Program-made: the position numbers and the translations under genes
Notes under the pieces: model-generated
Seen by the model: the letters and a program-made list of their open reading frames with translations, nothing else
What the model was told of the DNA's origin: nothing
Databases searched by the model: none
Shown: in pieces, positions 55,921-64,000 of the stretch
How positions within the stretch are numbered: the stretch's first letter is position 1
How the letters are laid out: each line of letters opens with the position of its first letter
Origin: Coriobacteriaceae bacterium
Lineage (GTDB): Bacteria > Actinomycetota > Coriobacteriia > Coriobacteriales > Atopobiaceae
Length of the DNA stretch: 64,000 bases
Assembly (NCBI GenBank): GCA_003862195.1
Contig: QOUO01000009.1
Coordinates: forward strand, 21-64,020
Direction: 5' to 3'

Positions 55921-56596
55921 AGGACTCGACCATCCTCCAGCCGTCGTCCGCGGAGCCCTCCACCTTCACGTCCGAGCCCAGCGCCTCGAGCTTGCCGTTG
56001 AGGTAGCTGGCGTACAGCTCCACCTCGCCGTCGAGCGCCGCGCCGTCCCACACGCGGTCGCTCAGCCAGCTCGTGTCGACCTTCTTGCCGCCGGCGTGGG
56101 CGAGAAGTGCGGCCATCTGGGCCTCACGCTGGTTCACGCTGAGCGAGCCCTCGCGGGTCGAAAGCGTGGAGTCGTCCTCCCCGATCACCAGGTCGCCAAA
56201 GCACACCTTGGGCGAGGCGCCCGAGCGGTGCCGTGCGGCCGCGCGGATGCGCGCCACGAGCTCGCGGCTGTCGTACGGCTTGGTGATGTAGTCGTCCGCA
56301 CCGTCCTCCAGGCCCACGACCTTGTCGTCCACCTGCGTCTTTGCGGTCAGCAGGATCACCGGCACGTCGTTTCCCTCCGCGCGCACGCGGCGCAGCACCT
56401 CCAGCCCGTCGAGGCCGGGCATCATGATGTCAAGCACCGCAACGTCAAAGTAGCCGCCCTTGAGCGCCGAGAGCGCCGCGGGGCCGTCGTGCACGACCTC
56501 CACCGTGAGGCCGTTCTTCTCCAATATCACCTCGGTCGCGCGCGCCAGGCGCACGTTGTCCTCGGCAAGCAGAACACGCATGGGCATCCCATCCAT
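55910..56596 (-). CDS. OmpR-family response regulator
   Basis: RVLLAEDN...DIMMPGLDG receiver plus a winged-helix C-terminus. Start ATG 56596, 56587 or 56581. Confidence 0.85.
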   Translation of the reverse strand: MDGMPMRVLLAEDNVRLARATEVILEKNGLTVEVVHDGPAALSALKGGYFDVAVLDIMMPGLDGLEVLRRVRAEGNDVPVILLTAKTQVDDKVVGLEDGADDYITKPYDSRELVARIRAAARHRSGASPKVCFGDLVIGEDDSTLSTREGSLSVNQREAQMAALLAHAGGKKVDTSWLSDRVWDGAALDGEVELYASYLNGKLEALGSDVKVEGSADDGWRMVESCGA

Positions 56597-56803
56597 AATC
56601 GCAGTTGCGCGGGGCGCCGACCCCGCGTGGGCAGGCCCGCGCCCGCCGCATGGTTATGGTACCCAACCGCCCAGCGTTAACTCACTCGTGCCGCTCGCCC
56701 GCGGCATCGCCCGCGGTGGCGAGCCCGTCGGCCGCGCCAATCTCACAAAGCCGCCCAAAAGCTTGCGGCTGCCTGCAGCGGCGGCCGCACTTCTCGCCCG
56801 TGA

Positions 56804-57739
56804 CTACTTGTTGGCGTGACCCTCGATCACCATGTTCTCGAAGCGGTGCGACATGAACTCGTTTGAGAAGTTCGCGTCCACCCACTGCTCAAACTGGTTG
56901 CGGGGAGGGATGCCCTGGTCGCGCTGGGCGCGGCGCGTAAAGCACGCCAGCGTCATGAACACGTCGAGCGCAAGGTAGGCGGCAAGTACGAACACGAAGA
57001 TCACCTGGCGGCGCGTGGTGGGCTCGCCGATGAGGTCGAGCAGCCACGGCGTGATGACGGAGGACCAGATGAGGCCGATCAGCCCCCAGAAGAACAGGAA
57101 CGGCCACGACACCCACTTGGTGATGTGCCCGGGCACGGTGCTGTAGTCCCACGAGACGGCGCCCATGAACGTCTCCATGCCCCAGCCGGTTATCTGCTCA
57201 AGAAGCCCGCCCACCACCATGGACACCAGAAAGACCTCCCACCACGGGGCGTGGCGGCGCATCAGCTCGCGCGACACGAGCGTGAGCAGCACGGCGCCCA
57301 CGCCGTACAGGGGCGAGAAGGGCCCCCATACCAGGCCGTAGCGCCCCTGCGTGAGCCCCTCCGTCACGAACATCCAGACCTCTTCCAGCACGAGGCCGCC
57401 CACGGCCCCCACGATGAAGAGGATCACGACCTGGTACCACGTGATGCGCATGTGCTCCACGCGGTCGTTGCGAACGATCTTCTCGCGCTGGAATATTGCG
57501 GAAAGCTGCGCGCGCGTGAGTCGCAGCGGCTTGCCGATGAGCTTGCGGTACCCCTTGAGGCGGTAATAGAAGTCCAGCTCCTTGGCGGCGTCGCGCACGT
57601 CCTGCGGCAGCTCGCGGTCCTGCGCGGCCCATTCGATCCGCTTGCCGCGTCCCAGCCACGACACAAACCACTTGATGACAAACAGGACGCCCCTGACCAC
57701 GAGGGCAAGCAGAAGGAGGCTGACAAGGGACCAGAACAT
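56804..57739 (-). CDS. integral membrane protein (putative ABC-transporter type IV / CmpB-like family)
   Basis: Multi-TM protein. GLVWGPFSPLYGVGA block resembles PF06541-type proteins (by eye). Confidence 0.45.
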   Translation of the reverse strand: MFWSLVSLLLLALVVRGVLFVIKWFVSWLGRGKRIEWAAQDRELPQDVRDAAKELDFYYRLKGYRKLIGKPLRLTRAQLSAIFQREKIVRNDRVEHMRITWYQVVILFIVGAVGGLVLEEVWMFVTEGLTQGRYGLVWGPFSPLYGVGAVLLTLVSRELMRRHAPWWEVFLVSMVVGGLLEQITGWGMETFMGAVSWDYSTVPGHITKWVSWPFLFFWGLIGLIWSSVITPWLLDLIGEPTTRRQVIFVFVLAAYLALDVFMTLACFTRRAQRDQGIPPRNQFEQWVDANFSNEFMSHRFENMVIEGHANK

Positions 57740-57790
57740 AGGCTCAACTCCAGTGTAGGTAGCGCGCGGGCGGTGCCGCGGGGCAGGGCG

Positions 57791-58771
57791 CTAGCGCGTC
57801 TCGACGGTGCGGCGCAGGCCCACGAGGGCGAGAAGGACGCCAACCAGGGCAAGCACGCCCAGCATGAGCCAGACGTGTGCGAGGAAGGGCGCCGTCGCGG
57901 TGTACTCGGGAAGGTTGTGGTTGACCCCCAGCACGCCGGGGTCCAGGGGGAAGTTGGTGATGTAGTCCTGCAGGCGGGCGATCAGCGTGTCGAAGAACGG
58001 GATCTTGACGCCGCCCACGGGCGACTTGGACATCTCGCGCGCCACGGAATCGGTCACCTGGCTCGTGACCTGCTGCGACACCTGCCCCATGATCTTCTTG
58101 ACCGAGGTCTCGGCCTTCCACGGCAGCGTGTCGATGTCGAAGATCGTGCCAAGGGCGGAAAGCCCCCAGCGCACGATGGTGGTCTCGCGCAGCGGGCGGA
58201 TCGCGTCGGGCAGGCCAAAGAGCGTCTCGGACATGATGAGCTCGTAGATGAGGATGAACGGCGCCACGGTGAGCGCCTGCTGCGACGTGTGCACGATGGC
58301 CGAGACTCCCAGCCCCAGCATCTGCGCGGCAAACGTGATGAGGAAGAGCGTGAGGAAGTACTCCACCATGGTCGGCGCAAGGATCGCCGCCACGTCCGTT
58401 GGCCACTCGATGATGTAGGTGCTCATGGCATAGAGGATCGCCGTTTGGAGAAGTGCGTGGACGGCCTGCCACGCCACGTTCGCGAGCACGAACGAGTACG
58501 GGTTGAGGCCCGAGAACTTGTCGCGCTCGAGCACGTCGCGGGCGTCGCAGATGCAGAGGATCGAGTCGAACAGGCCCATCCAGAGGCAGCAGCACACCAC
58601 GATGAAGAAGCCGATCTTGGCGTTCTCGTAAAAGTCGAACATGCGGTAGCGGATGACCCACGACGCGAGCGAGCTGATGATGAGCGCGGACGCCGCCATC
58701 AGGAGCTCGGACTTCTTGTTGAACGACTCGCGGGCAAGCATGGCGACCTGCTCGACGAAGCTCAGACTCAT
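57791..58771 (-). CDS. ABC-2-type transporter permease
   Basis: Six hydrophobic segments. ATG 58771 overlaps the TGA of the upstream ATPase gene by 1 nt. Confidence 0.6.
   Translation of the reverse strand: MSLSFVEQVAMLARESFNKKSELLMAASALIISSLASWVIRYRMFDFYENAKIGFFIVVCCCLWMGLFDSILCICDARDVLERDKFSGLNPYSFVLANVAWQAVHALLQTAILYAMSTYIIEWPTDVAAILAPTMVEYFLTLFLITFAAQMLGLGVSAIVHTSQQALTVAPFILIYELIMSETLFGLPDAIRPLRETTIVRWGLSALGTIFDIDTLPWKAETSVKKIMGQVSQQVTSQVTDSVAREMSKSPVGGVKIPFFDTLIARLQDYITNFPLDPGVLGVNHNLPEYTATAPFLAHVWLMLGVLALVGVLLALVGLRRTVETR
57826..57838 (+). repeat. 13-mer repeat copy GGGCGAGAAGGAC
   Basis: Exact. Antisense in the ABC-2 permease CDS (read V-L-L-A). Confidence 0.95.
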
Positions 58772-60954
58772 CAGCACATGCCTCCAAGGGCGTCGGGATG
58801 GTCGCGGCGCCATTCCTCGAAGCGACGTATGAACGGGACGGGGTCCTTGTCCATGAGGGTGTATATCTCGCGCGTGGAGCGCGTGTCGAAGTACTCGAAC
58901 AGCTTGTCCGGCGTGCCGTAGAAGCAGACCTTGCCGTGCGCGAGGAAGCAGATCTTGTCGAACAGCTGGATGTTCTCGTAGTCGTGGTTGATCACGAGGC
59001 AGCTCATGCGCTCGTCGTGCACGAGGGCGTGCAGGACGGCCACGAGGTTGCCGGAGTCGCCAGGGTCGAGGCCCGAGGTGGGCTCGTCCAGCAGCAGGCC
59101 GTCGGGGTACGACAGGAGCTCGCACGCGACCGAGACGCGACGCTTTTCTCCCCCGGAGCACTTGCGGATGAGCGTCTTGCTGACGCCCGTGAGCTCGAGC
59201 TCGCGCATGACCCAGTCGATCCGCTCCTTGGCCTTGGGGCCCGGGAGGTGCTTGACGGCGCGCGCGTAGAACTCGAGCTGCTGGCGCACGCGGAGGTTCT
59301 GGTGCACGAGGTTCTGCTGCGGCACGAAGCCGAGCTCGCCCTCGAAGATGACCCGGCCCTTGGTGGGGCGCAGCGTCCCCAGGATGATGCTGCCGAGCGT
59401 GGACTTGCCACCGCCCGAGCTGCCCACGATGGCCACGAGCTCGCCACCCTTGATGGTGAGGTTGATGTCGTCCAGCACCTTCTTGCGGCCAAAGCTGCGG
59501 CTCACGTGCGAGAGCACGATGTTGCCGCCGCGCGGGCCGGCCGACGCGTCCGCGTGCGCGCCCTCCTGGAGCATGCGGTCGCACTCGTCTATCTCGTCCT
59601 GTGCGTCCTCGCGGCCCAGGCGCAGCGCCTGGGTAAAGTACTTGCGGGCGGTGTCGTAGCTCTTCTCCACGAACATGCCCGTGCCGTAGCAGAGGGCGAG
59701 CTGGAAGGCCGCGTCCGCGTTGCCGTTCTCTATCGCGAGGTCGAACCACGCCACGCCGCGCGCGACGTCCTGGTCAAGGTATTTGCCGATGAGGTAGTAG
59801 TAGCCCAGGTCCCACATGGCCGTGGTGTTGCCCGCCTGGGCGGCGCGCTCCCACCACTCGCGCATGAGGTCGTAGTTCTTGGGAACGCCGTTGCCCGCCT
59901 GGTAGCGGTTGCCAAGCGAGCGCATGGCCGTGCGGTCGCCGGCCTCGGCACGGGCCTTGAGCTGGGCGATCTCGTCCTCCGCAAGGTCCGTGTCGTCGTA
60001 GTCGCGCCCGGGGGCGGCCATTGCGTCCGAGAAGTGCCTGCCGCGCTGGCCCTGAGCGAGGGCGGGCTTCACGGCTGGCTTGGTCGCGGGAGCGGGGGCC
60101 GTTGCTGCAGCGGGCTCGGGCTCGGCCTTGGGCTCTGGCTCTTGCTCCGTCTTGGGTTCCAGCTTCGACTCCGCCGCCGGCTCCGGCTTTGCCTTGGGCT
60201 TGGGCTCAGGCTCATGCTCCGTCTCAGGCTTGGCCTGCTTTGCGGCCTTTCCCTTGGCCGACTTGGCGTCGGACCCCTTTGGCCTCATCGCGACCACGAC
60301 GGCCGCGTCCTTCTCGCCCTCGCCGGCGTTCGGGGACGCCTCCACTCTCACCACGAGGTTGGGGTACCTCTCCTCCGCCGGCTCCTCCGCGGGGACTTCC
60401 GATGCAACCGGGGAGTCCTTCTCGCCCGTCGCCTCATGGTCTTCGGGTTCGGCTTCGTCCTCGGTCGAGGCGTCATCCTCGGCCTTGTCGCCACCCTCGG
60501 CCGGAGCATCGCCCTCCGCCTCCGCATCGCCCTCGCTCAGCGCATCGTCCTTGGCCGAAACCTCGCCCTCGTCCGGCGCCTCGTCCTTGTCCGCGGGCTC
60601 CAGCTTGGTCGTGGCGTCCTTCTCGCCCAGCGCCACCTGCATCAGGCGCTCGGGAAGCACCACCTTGTCGGGATCGACGGTCTGCTCCGCCGTCTCGGGC
60701 AGGATGTACTCCAGCTCCTCGTCGGGCTCTGGTGCGTCCTTTGCCAGCGTCACGTCGGCATAGTCGATGTAGCCGGTCTGGCGGCGGTTCGCGCGGCCCC
60801 CGTCGGGAAGTCGCTTCTGGCCGTCCGCACCGGCAGACTTGGACTTGCCGCGGCCAAGGCCGAAGAGCCACCCGCGCCGCCTGGGCGCCGGTCCCTGCGG
60901 GTCGTTCTTGCCCCAAAAGACCTCTGAGTCAGTCTCTGGACGTTTGCTGCCCAT
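58771..60954 (-). CDS. ABC transporter ATP-binding protein with an N-terminal disordered region and Sel1/TPR-like repeats
   Basis: About 330 aa acidic/Pro/Lys low complexity. Sel1-like repeats (GDRTAMRSLGNRYQAGNGVPKNYDLMREWWERAAQAGN...). Walker A GSSGGGKST, CSGGEKRRV, LLLDEPTSGLD. Confidence 0.8.
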   Translation of the reverse strand: MGSKRPETDSEVFWGKNDPQGPAPRRRGWLFGLGRGKSKSAGADGQKRLPDGGRANRRQTGYIDYADVTLAKDAPEPDEELEYILPETAEQTVDPDKVVLPERLMQVALGEKDATTKLEPADKDEAPDEGEVSAKDDALSEGDAEAEGDAPAEGGDKAEDDASTEDEAEPEDHEATGEKDSPVASEVPAEEPAEERYPNLVVRVEASPNAGEGEKDAAVVVAMRPKGSDAKSAKGKAAKQAKPETEHEPEPKPKAKPEPAAESKLEPKTEQEPEPKAEPEPAAATAPAPATKPAVKPALAQGQRGRHFSDAMAAPGRDYDDTDLAEDEIAQLKARAEAGDRTAMRSLGNRYQAGNGVPKNYDLMREWWERAAQAGNTTAMWDLGYYYLIGKYLDQDVARGVAWFDLAIENGNADAAFQLALCYGTGMFVEKSYDTARKYFTQALRLGREDAQDEIDECDRMLQEGAHADASAGPRGGNIVLSHVSRSFGRKKVLDDINLTIKGGELVAIVGSSGGGKSTLGSIILGTLRPTKGRVIFEGELGFVPQQNLVHQNLRVRQQLEFYARAVKHLPGPKAKERIDWVMRELELTGVSKTLIRKCSGGEKRRVSVACELLSYPDGLLLDEPTSGLDPGDSGNLVAVLHALVHDERMSCLVINHDYENIQLFDKICFLAHGKVCFYGTPDKLFEYFDTRSTREIYTLMDKDPVPFIRRFEEWRRDHPDALGGMC
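60307..60319 (-). repeat. 13-mer repeat copy GGGCGAGAAGGAC
   Basis: Exact. Sense in the Sel1-ABC N-terminal region, read as G-E-K-D. Confidence 0.95.
60415..60427 (-). repeat. 13-mer repeat copy GGGCGAGAAGGAC
   Basis: Exact. Sense in the Sel1-ABC N-terminal region, read as G-E-K-D. Confidence 0.95.
60616..60628 (-). repeat. 13-mer repeat copy GGGCGAGAAGGAC
   Basis: Exact. Sense in the Sel1-ABC N-terminal region, read as G-E-K-D. Confidence 0.95.
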
Positions 60955-60963
60955 CAGCCTCGC

Positions 60964-61665
60964 CTAGCCAGCGATCAGCGAGACGAGGTCGCTTGCGGAT
61001 TTGAGCAGCGATATCTCGTCTTCGAGGTTCTCGTATGTGTCGTTTATGCCGGAAAGGAGCGACAGCAGCTCGTCGCGCTTGTCGTTGAGGTCGTCAAAAT
61101 GCGCGTCGCCCTGCGCCTTGACCTGCTTCTCGCAGTTCTTTGTGACGCTCTGCGCGCTGTCCAGCTCATCGAGCAGCTTGGACAGGTCCTTGGCCGAGCC
61201 CAGCTTTGACCCGTCCGTGGGGATGACCTTCTCGAGCTTGTCGCACACGGGGATGAGCGCGTCATCGCACGAGCGCTTGCCCACGGCGGCCAGCGTGCGC
61301 GCCATGCGCACGTCGTCACCTATGATCGGCAGGCGCGCGGGGATGCCCCACACCCAAAGCTGGGTCTGCTCCTGGATCTTGTCCATCGACTTGGTGAGCT
61401 TGCGCGCCGCTTTGATGGCGGAGCTGTACTTTGCCTTCTTGGCGGCGGTGGTGAGCGCCGCGTAGTCCTCGGTCACGTCCGCCGTGGCGTCCTGTATCGC
61501 AAGGTAGCTGCGACCAAGCAGGGCAAGGTATACGACGAGAAGGGCGACCACCACGGCTATGACGATGTTCCTGGTCCTATGGCTCTTCTTGGGTCCCTGC
61601 GAGGGGTCCGCCTTCACGGGAATCTCGTCGCTCGCAAGGCCCAGCTGGAAAACGCGCTTGGCCAT
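60964..61665 (-). CDS. membrane-anchored hypothetical protein
   Basis: GGAGGAGGG SD before ATG 61665. Single TM (IVIAVVVALLVVYLALL) then a helical extracytoplasmic domain. Confidence 0.5.
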   Translation of the reverse strand: MAKRVFQLGLASDEIPVKADPSQGPKKSHRTRNIVIAVVVALLVVYLALLGRSYLAIQDATADVTEDYAALTTAAKKAKYSSAIKAARKLTKSMDKIQEQTQLWVWGIPARLPIIGDDVRMARTLAAVGKRSCDDALIPVCDKLEKVIPTDGSKLGSAKDLSKLLDELDSAQSVTKNCEKQVKAQGDAHFDDLNDKRDELLSLLSGINDTYENLEDEISLLKSASDLVSLIAG

Positions 61666-61746
61666 GTACCCTCCTCCTGTCACCATCGTCCGCCGCAACG
61701 GCTTGCCCGCACCACGTGCGCGGGTGGAAGTATTCTACCCCCTAGC

Positions 61747-62601
61747 CTAGCCCTCGAGCATGAAGCGCGGCGTGCGGCCCTCGCGCGTGGCGCAGGCCAG
61801 CTCCTCCAGGGCCTTGGCCACGCCGTCCTCGTCGCAGCGGCCAATGTGGTAGCGGGCCGCCGCTGCCGCCTCCGGCGTTGCGTTGGCAACCGCCACGGAG
61901 TTGGGGACAGCGTGCATGATGGCCAGGTCGTTTTCCGCGTCGCCAAAGAAGAGCACCTCGTCCGCAGTGATGCCCATGCTGTCGAGCAGGAGCGGCAGCG
62001 CCGTGCCCTTGTTGAGGCCGTGCGGCACCACGTCGCACCAGCGGGCAACGGGCTGCACGATGTCGAACTCGGGACAGAGCTCCATGCCGCGCGCCTTGAT
62101 CTTCTCCAACACGTCCTGGCCCAGCGGGCAGGCCACCGTCGCCGCGATCAGCTTGTCCTCCGGCACGGCGTCCGCCAGCGTGGGGGCAAAGCGGAAGTCG
62201 CGTGCGTAGGGCGCCACCTCCTCCGCCGTGGCGCCGATGCACCAGGCGGGGTTGCTCGCATCCGTCTTGAACGGGTAGGCCGTCACGAAGCAGCCCTCGT
62301 AGCCGCCCACGTAGTCCGCCAGGCGCTGGAGCGCCGCGTTGTCGATGTAGCTCACGTGCTTGAGCTGGCCGTCCAGGTAGACCTTCTTGCCGTTGCTGAG
62401 GATGCCCGTCTGGAAGGCGGAGTCGCTGCCGCCAAAGAAGCGCAGCAGCTCCTGGGCGTCGCGGCCGGTGGCGGGGCCAAACTCCACGCCCGCCGCCCGC
62501 ACCTCGCGTATGGCGTCCAGCGCACGGGGGCTCACCCGCTCGCAGCCAAACGGCAGTAGCGTGTTGTCCATGTCCGTAAGGACGAGCTTGATCATGTGCA
62601 T
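61747..62601 (-). CDS. Cof-type HAD-IIB family hydrolase
   Basis: LTDMDNTLL motif I, ATGR, GDAENDLAM-like motif (GDAENDLAIM). Confidence 0.8.
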   Translation of the reverse strand: MHMIKLVLTDMDNTLLPFGCERVSPRALDAIREVRAAGVEFGPATGRDAQELLRFFGGSDSAFQTGILSNGKKVYLDGQLKHVSYIDNAALQRLADYVGGYEGCFVTAYPFKTDASNPAWCIGATAEEVAPYARDFRFAPTLADAVPEDKLIAATVACPLGQDVLEKIKARGMELCPEFDIVQPVARWCDVVPHGLNKGTALPLLLDSMGITADEVLFFGDAENDLAIMHAVPNSVAVANATPEAAAAARYHIGRCDEDGVAKALEELACATREGRTPRFMLEG

Positions 62602-62736
62602 CCTCCATCGTGTCGCTTGCGCCGCATCATGGCAAAAATCATACTATTGCACGTAAACGGGCGCGGAATCCTCTGGCAAAGTCGCATATTGGCGCAGCGG
62701 GACCGTGCGCAGCAGCTACGCAGGGAGGTCTCACAG

Positions 62737-63369
62737 GTGCTCATGCCGCAGGACAAGGCGGAACGGCTTCACTTTACCCAGTCTTATGCAGGTGGCGAGG
62801 GCGCCGCATGGGCGGAGCTCCCCTACTGGCAGTGGGACGTGGAGCAGTCCGGCTGCGGTCTCTGCTCCATGACCATGTGCGTGGACCTTCTTACGGGGCA
62901 GGAGCTGACGCCGGCGGACGTGCTGGCGCACTACCAGCGGGACGGCATGGACGAGTGCGCCAGGAGCCTGGTGGGCGGCCGCAACCTGTGCCCCAAGCTC
63001 AACAAGTACAACGAGCGCACCTTTGGCGTGCGCGCAAGCGACCTGGAGCGCAGCGTGGACGCGTTTGCGGAGGCCCTCGCGCAGGGCGACGTGATCTGGG
63101 CGTCCAGCGCGGACAGGCAGGGCACGCACCCCTGGCACTTTGCCGACGGCACGCAGCAGCCCCTGGACGAGACGGGCACGCAGCACCACCACGGGCACAT
63201 CGTGTGCATCTGGCGCCACGAGGACGGCGCCTTCCTGGTGAAGGACCCCATCGGCCCGCGCCGCCTCTGCAACAACGTGCGCTACACGGACGAGCAGATG
63301 GCGCTCTGGCTGGCAGGCAACGACCACCAGCAGTACCGCGTCACGCTCGCGTCGGGTGCCACGGCGTAA
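62737..63369 (+). CDS. papain-like (C39-like) cysteine peptidase family protein
   Basis: Candidate nucleophile SGCGLCSMTM and His HGHIVCIW. GTG 62737 is 8 nt after an AGGGAGG SD. Confidence 0.4.
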   Translation: MLMPQDKAERLHFTQSYAGGEGAAWAELPYWQWDVEQSGCGLCSMTMCVDLLTGQELTPADVLAHYQRDGMDECARSLVGGRNLCPKLNKYNERTFGVRASDLERSVDAFAEALAQGDVIWASSADRQGTHPWHFADGTQQPLDETGTQHHHGHIVCIWRHEDGAFLVKDPIGPRRLCNNVRYTDEQMALWLAGNDHQQYRVTLASGATA

Positions 63370-63378
63370 GCACGGCCG

Positions 63379-64000
63379 CTACAGGTCGCGCTTGGTCAGG
63401 ATCTCCTGTGGGATGAGCCCGCATCCCACCACCACGGCGCGCGCGTAGTCCGCCTCCTCCGGCGAGAGCCCCTCGCACACCAGCGACATGTCCGGCACGT
63501 CCAGCTTGGACTGGCCTGTTGACTCGTTGTCCTCCGGGTCCGGGAAGCGCTCCATCGCGCGGTCCACCATGAGCCTATACGCGGGCGAGAAGGACGAGAA
63601 CTTGTACTTCTCGCCCAGCTCCGCCTTGAGCTTCATCATGAGGTCCACGCCCGCGCGGTCGATGTCGCCCCAGTACAGCACCTCGACCGTGTCCGCGCCC
63701 AGCGTGTCGAGCAGGAGCGAGAGCCGGTTGTGCTCCAGCACGGGCGTGCCGCCGCCCAGCACCACGGCATGCACGCGCTCGCCCAGGATCTGCGTGCGGC
63801 CGTCCTCGTACATGAGGTCGTGAACGTCCAGGTAGGGGTCGAGGTTCTCCGTCACCAGCACGCGCATGTGCTTGCGGCGGCGCGGCGCGTGGTACACCAG
63901 GTCGCTCTTGGGCATGGGACGGCGGCGCACGATGTCCTCCATGCCCATGGCGCGCAGTAGGCGGAACCCGTCGCTCCCGTACTCGAAGAACTTCTCGTCC
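63379..64000 (-). CDS. Toprim-like (DUF2220 / JetD C-terminal-like) domain protein, 5' end probably outside window
   Basis: VLVTENLDPYL ... VVLGGGTPV ... LYWGDIDRAGVDLMMKLK pattern. The frame stays open upstream of ATG 63948 to the window edge. Confidence 0.5.
   Translation of the reverse strand, partial: DEKFFEYGSDGFRLLRAMGMEDIVRRRPMPKSDLVYHAPRRRKHMRVLVTENLDPYLDVHDLMYEDGRTQILGERVHAVVLGGGTPVLEHNRLSLLLDTLGADTVEVLYWGDIDRAGVDLMMKLKAELGEKYKFSSFSPAYRLMVDRAMERFPDPEDNESTGQSKLDVPDMSLVCEGLSPEEADYARAVVVGCGLIPQEILTKRDL
63583..63595 (+). repeat. 13-mer repeat copy GGGCGAGAAGGAC
   Basis: Exact. Antisense in the Toprim-like CDS (read S-F-S-P). Confidence 0.95.

Noticed and set aside
57791-59749. 652-aa ORF taken as a single protein
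   Set aside because: Its upstream two-thirds overlaps the ABC ATPase gene out of frame and is Arg/Pro/Gly-rich. The permease begins at ATG 58771, which overlaps the ATPase stop.

Overview
GC-rich (roughly two-thirds G+C by eye) chromosomal segment. The gene content fits a Gram-positive anaerobe of the high-GC Actinomycetota, possibly Coriobacteriia-like; that placement is inference. All product calls come from motifs read by eye in the supplied translations, with no similarity search run. About 63 genes look real. On the minus strand there is an amino-acid ABC transporter operon with PPTase and NlpC/P60 genes, and a cellobiose-type PTS/GH1 operon with a GntR regulator, ROK kinase and manA. 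Central metabolism genes include pfp, class-3 fbp and proA, with engB nearby. There is a csoR-copA copper module with a recognisable operator and promoter, ygiQ, and a response regulator / histidine kinase / small alarmone synthetase operon. That operon sits downstream of an unusual Sel1-repeat ABC transporter. An esterase / GNAT / ATP-grasp cluster and several regulators (Crp, LysR, MarR, RpiR, DeoR, XRE) are also present. No rRNA, tRNA, CRISPR array or transposase gene was seen. Many long ORFs in the track are antisense artefacts of the GC-rich sequence. The most striking signal is not a gene. A non-palindromic 13-mer, GGGCGAGAAG(GAC/AAC/AGC), occurs at least 26 times on both strands, in coding and intergenic DNA, far above chance. 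It is repeatedly written into unrelated proteins as Gly-Glu-Lys-Asp/Asn/Ser. It behaves like a DNA-uptake-sequence-type genomic word. Other observations: an array of 12-bp palindrome arms downstream of a helicase gene, a tandem MITE-like pair in a 900-bp gap that also holds an unannotated 44-aa peptide gene, a low-GC three-gene islet with a DUF4160-like gene, several unusual domain fusions, and a Toprim/JetD-like gene cut by the window edge.
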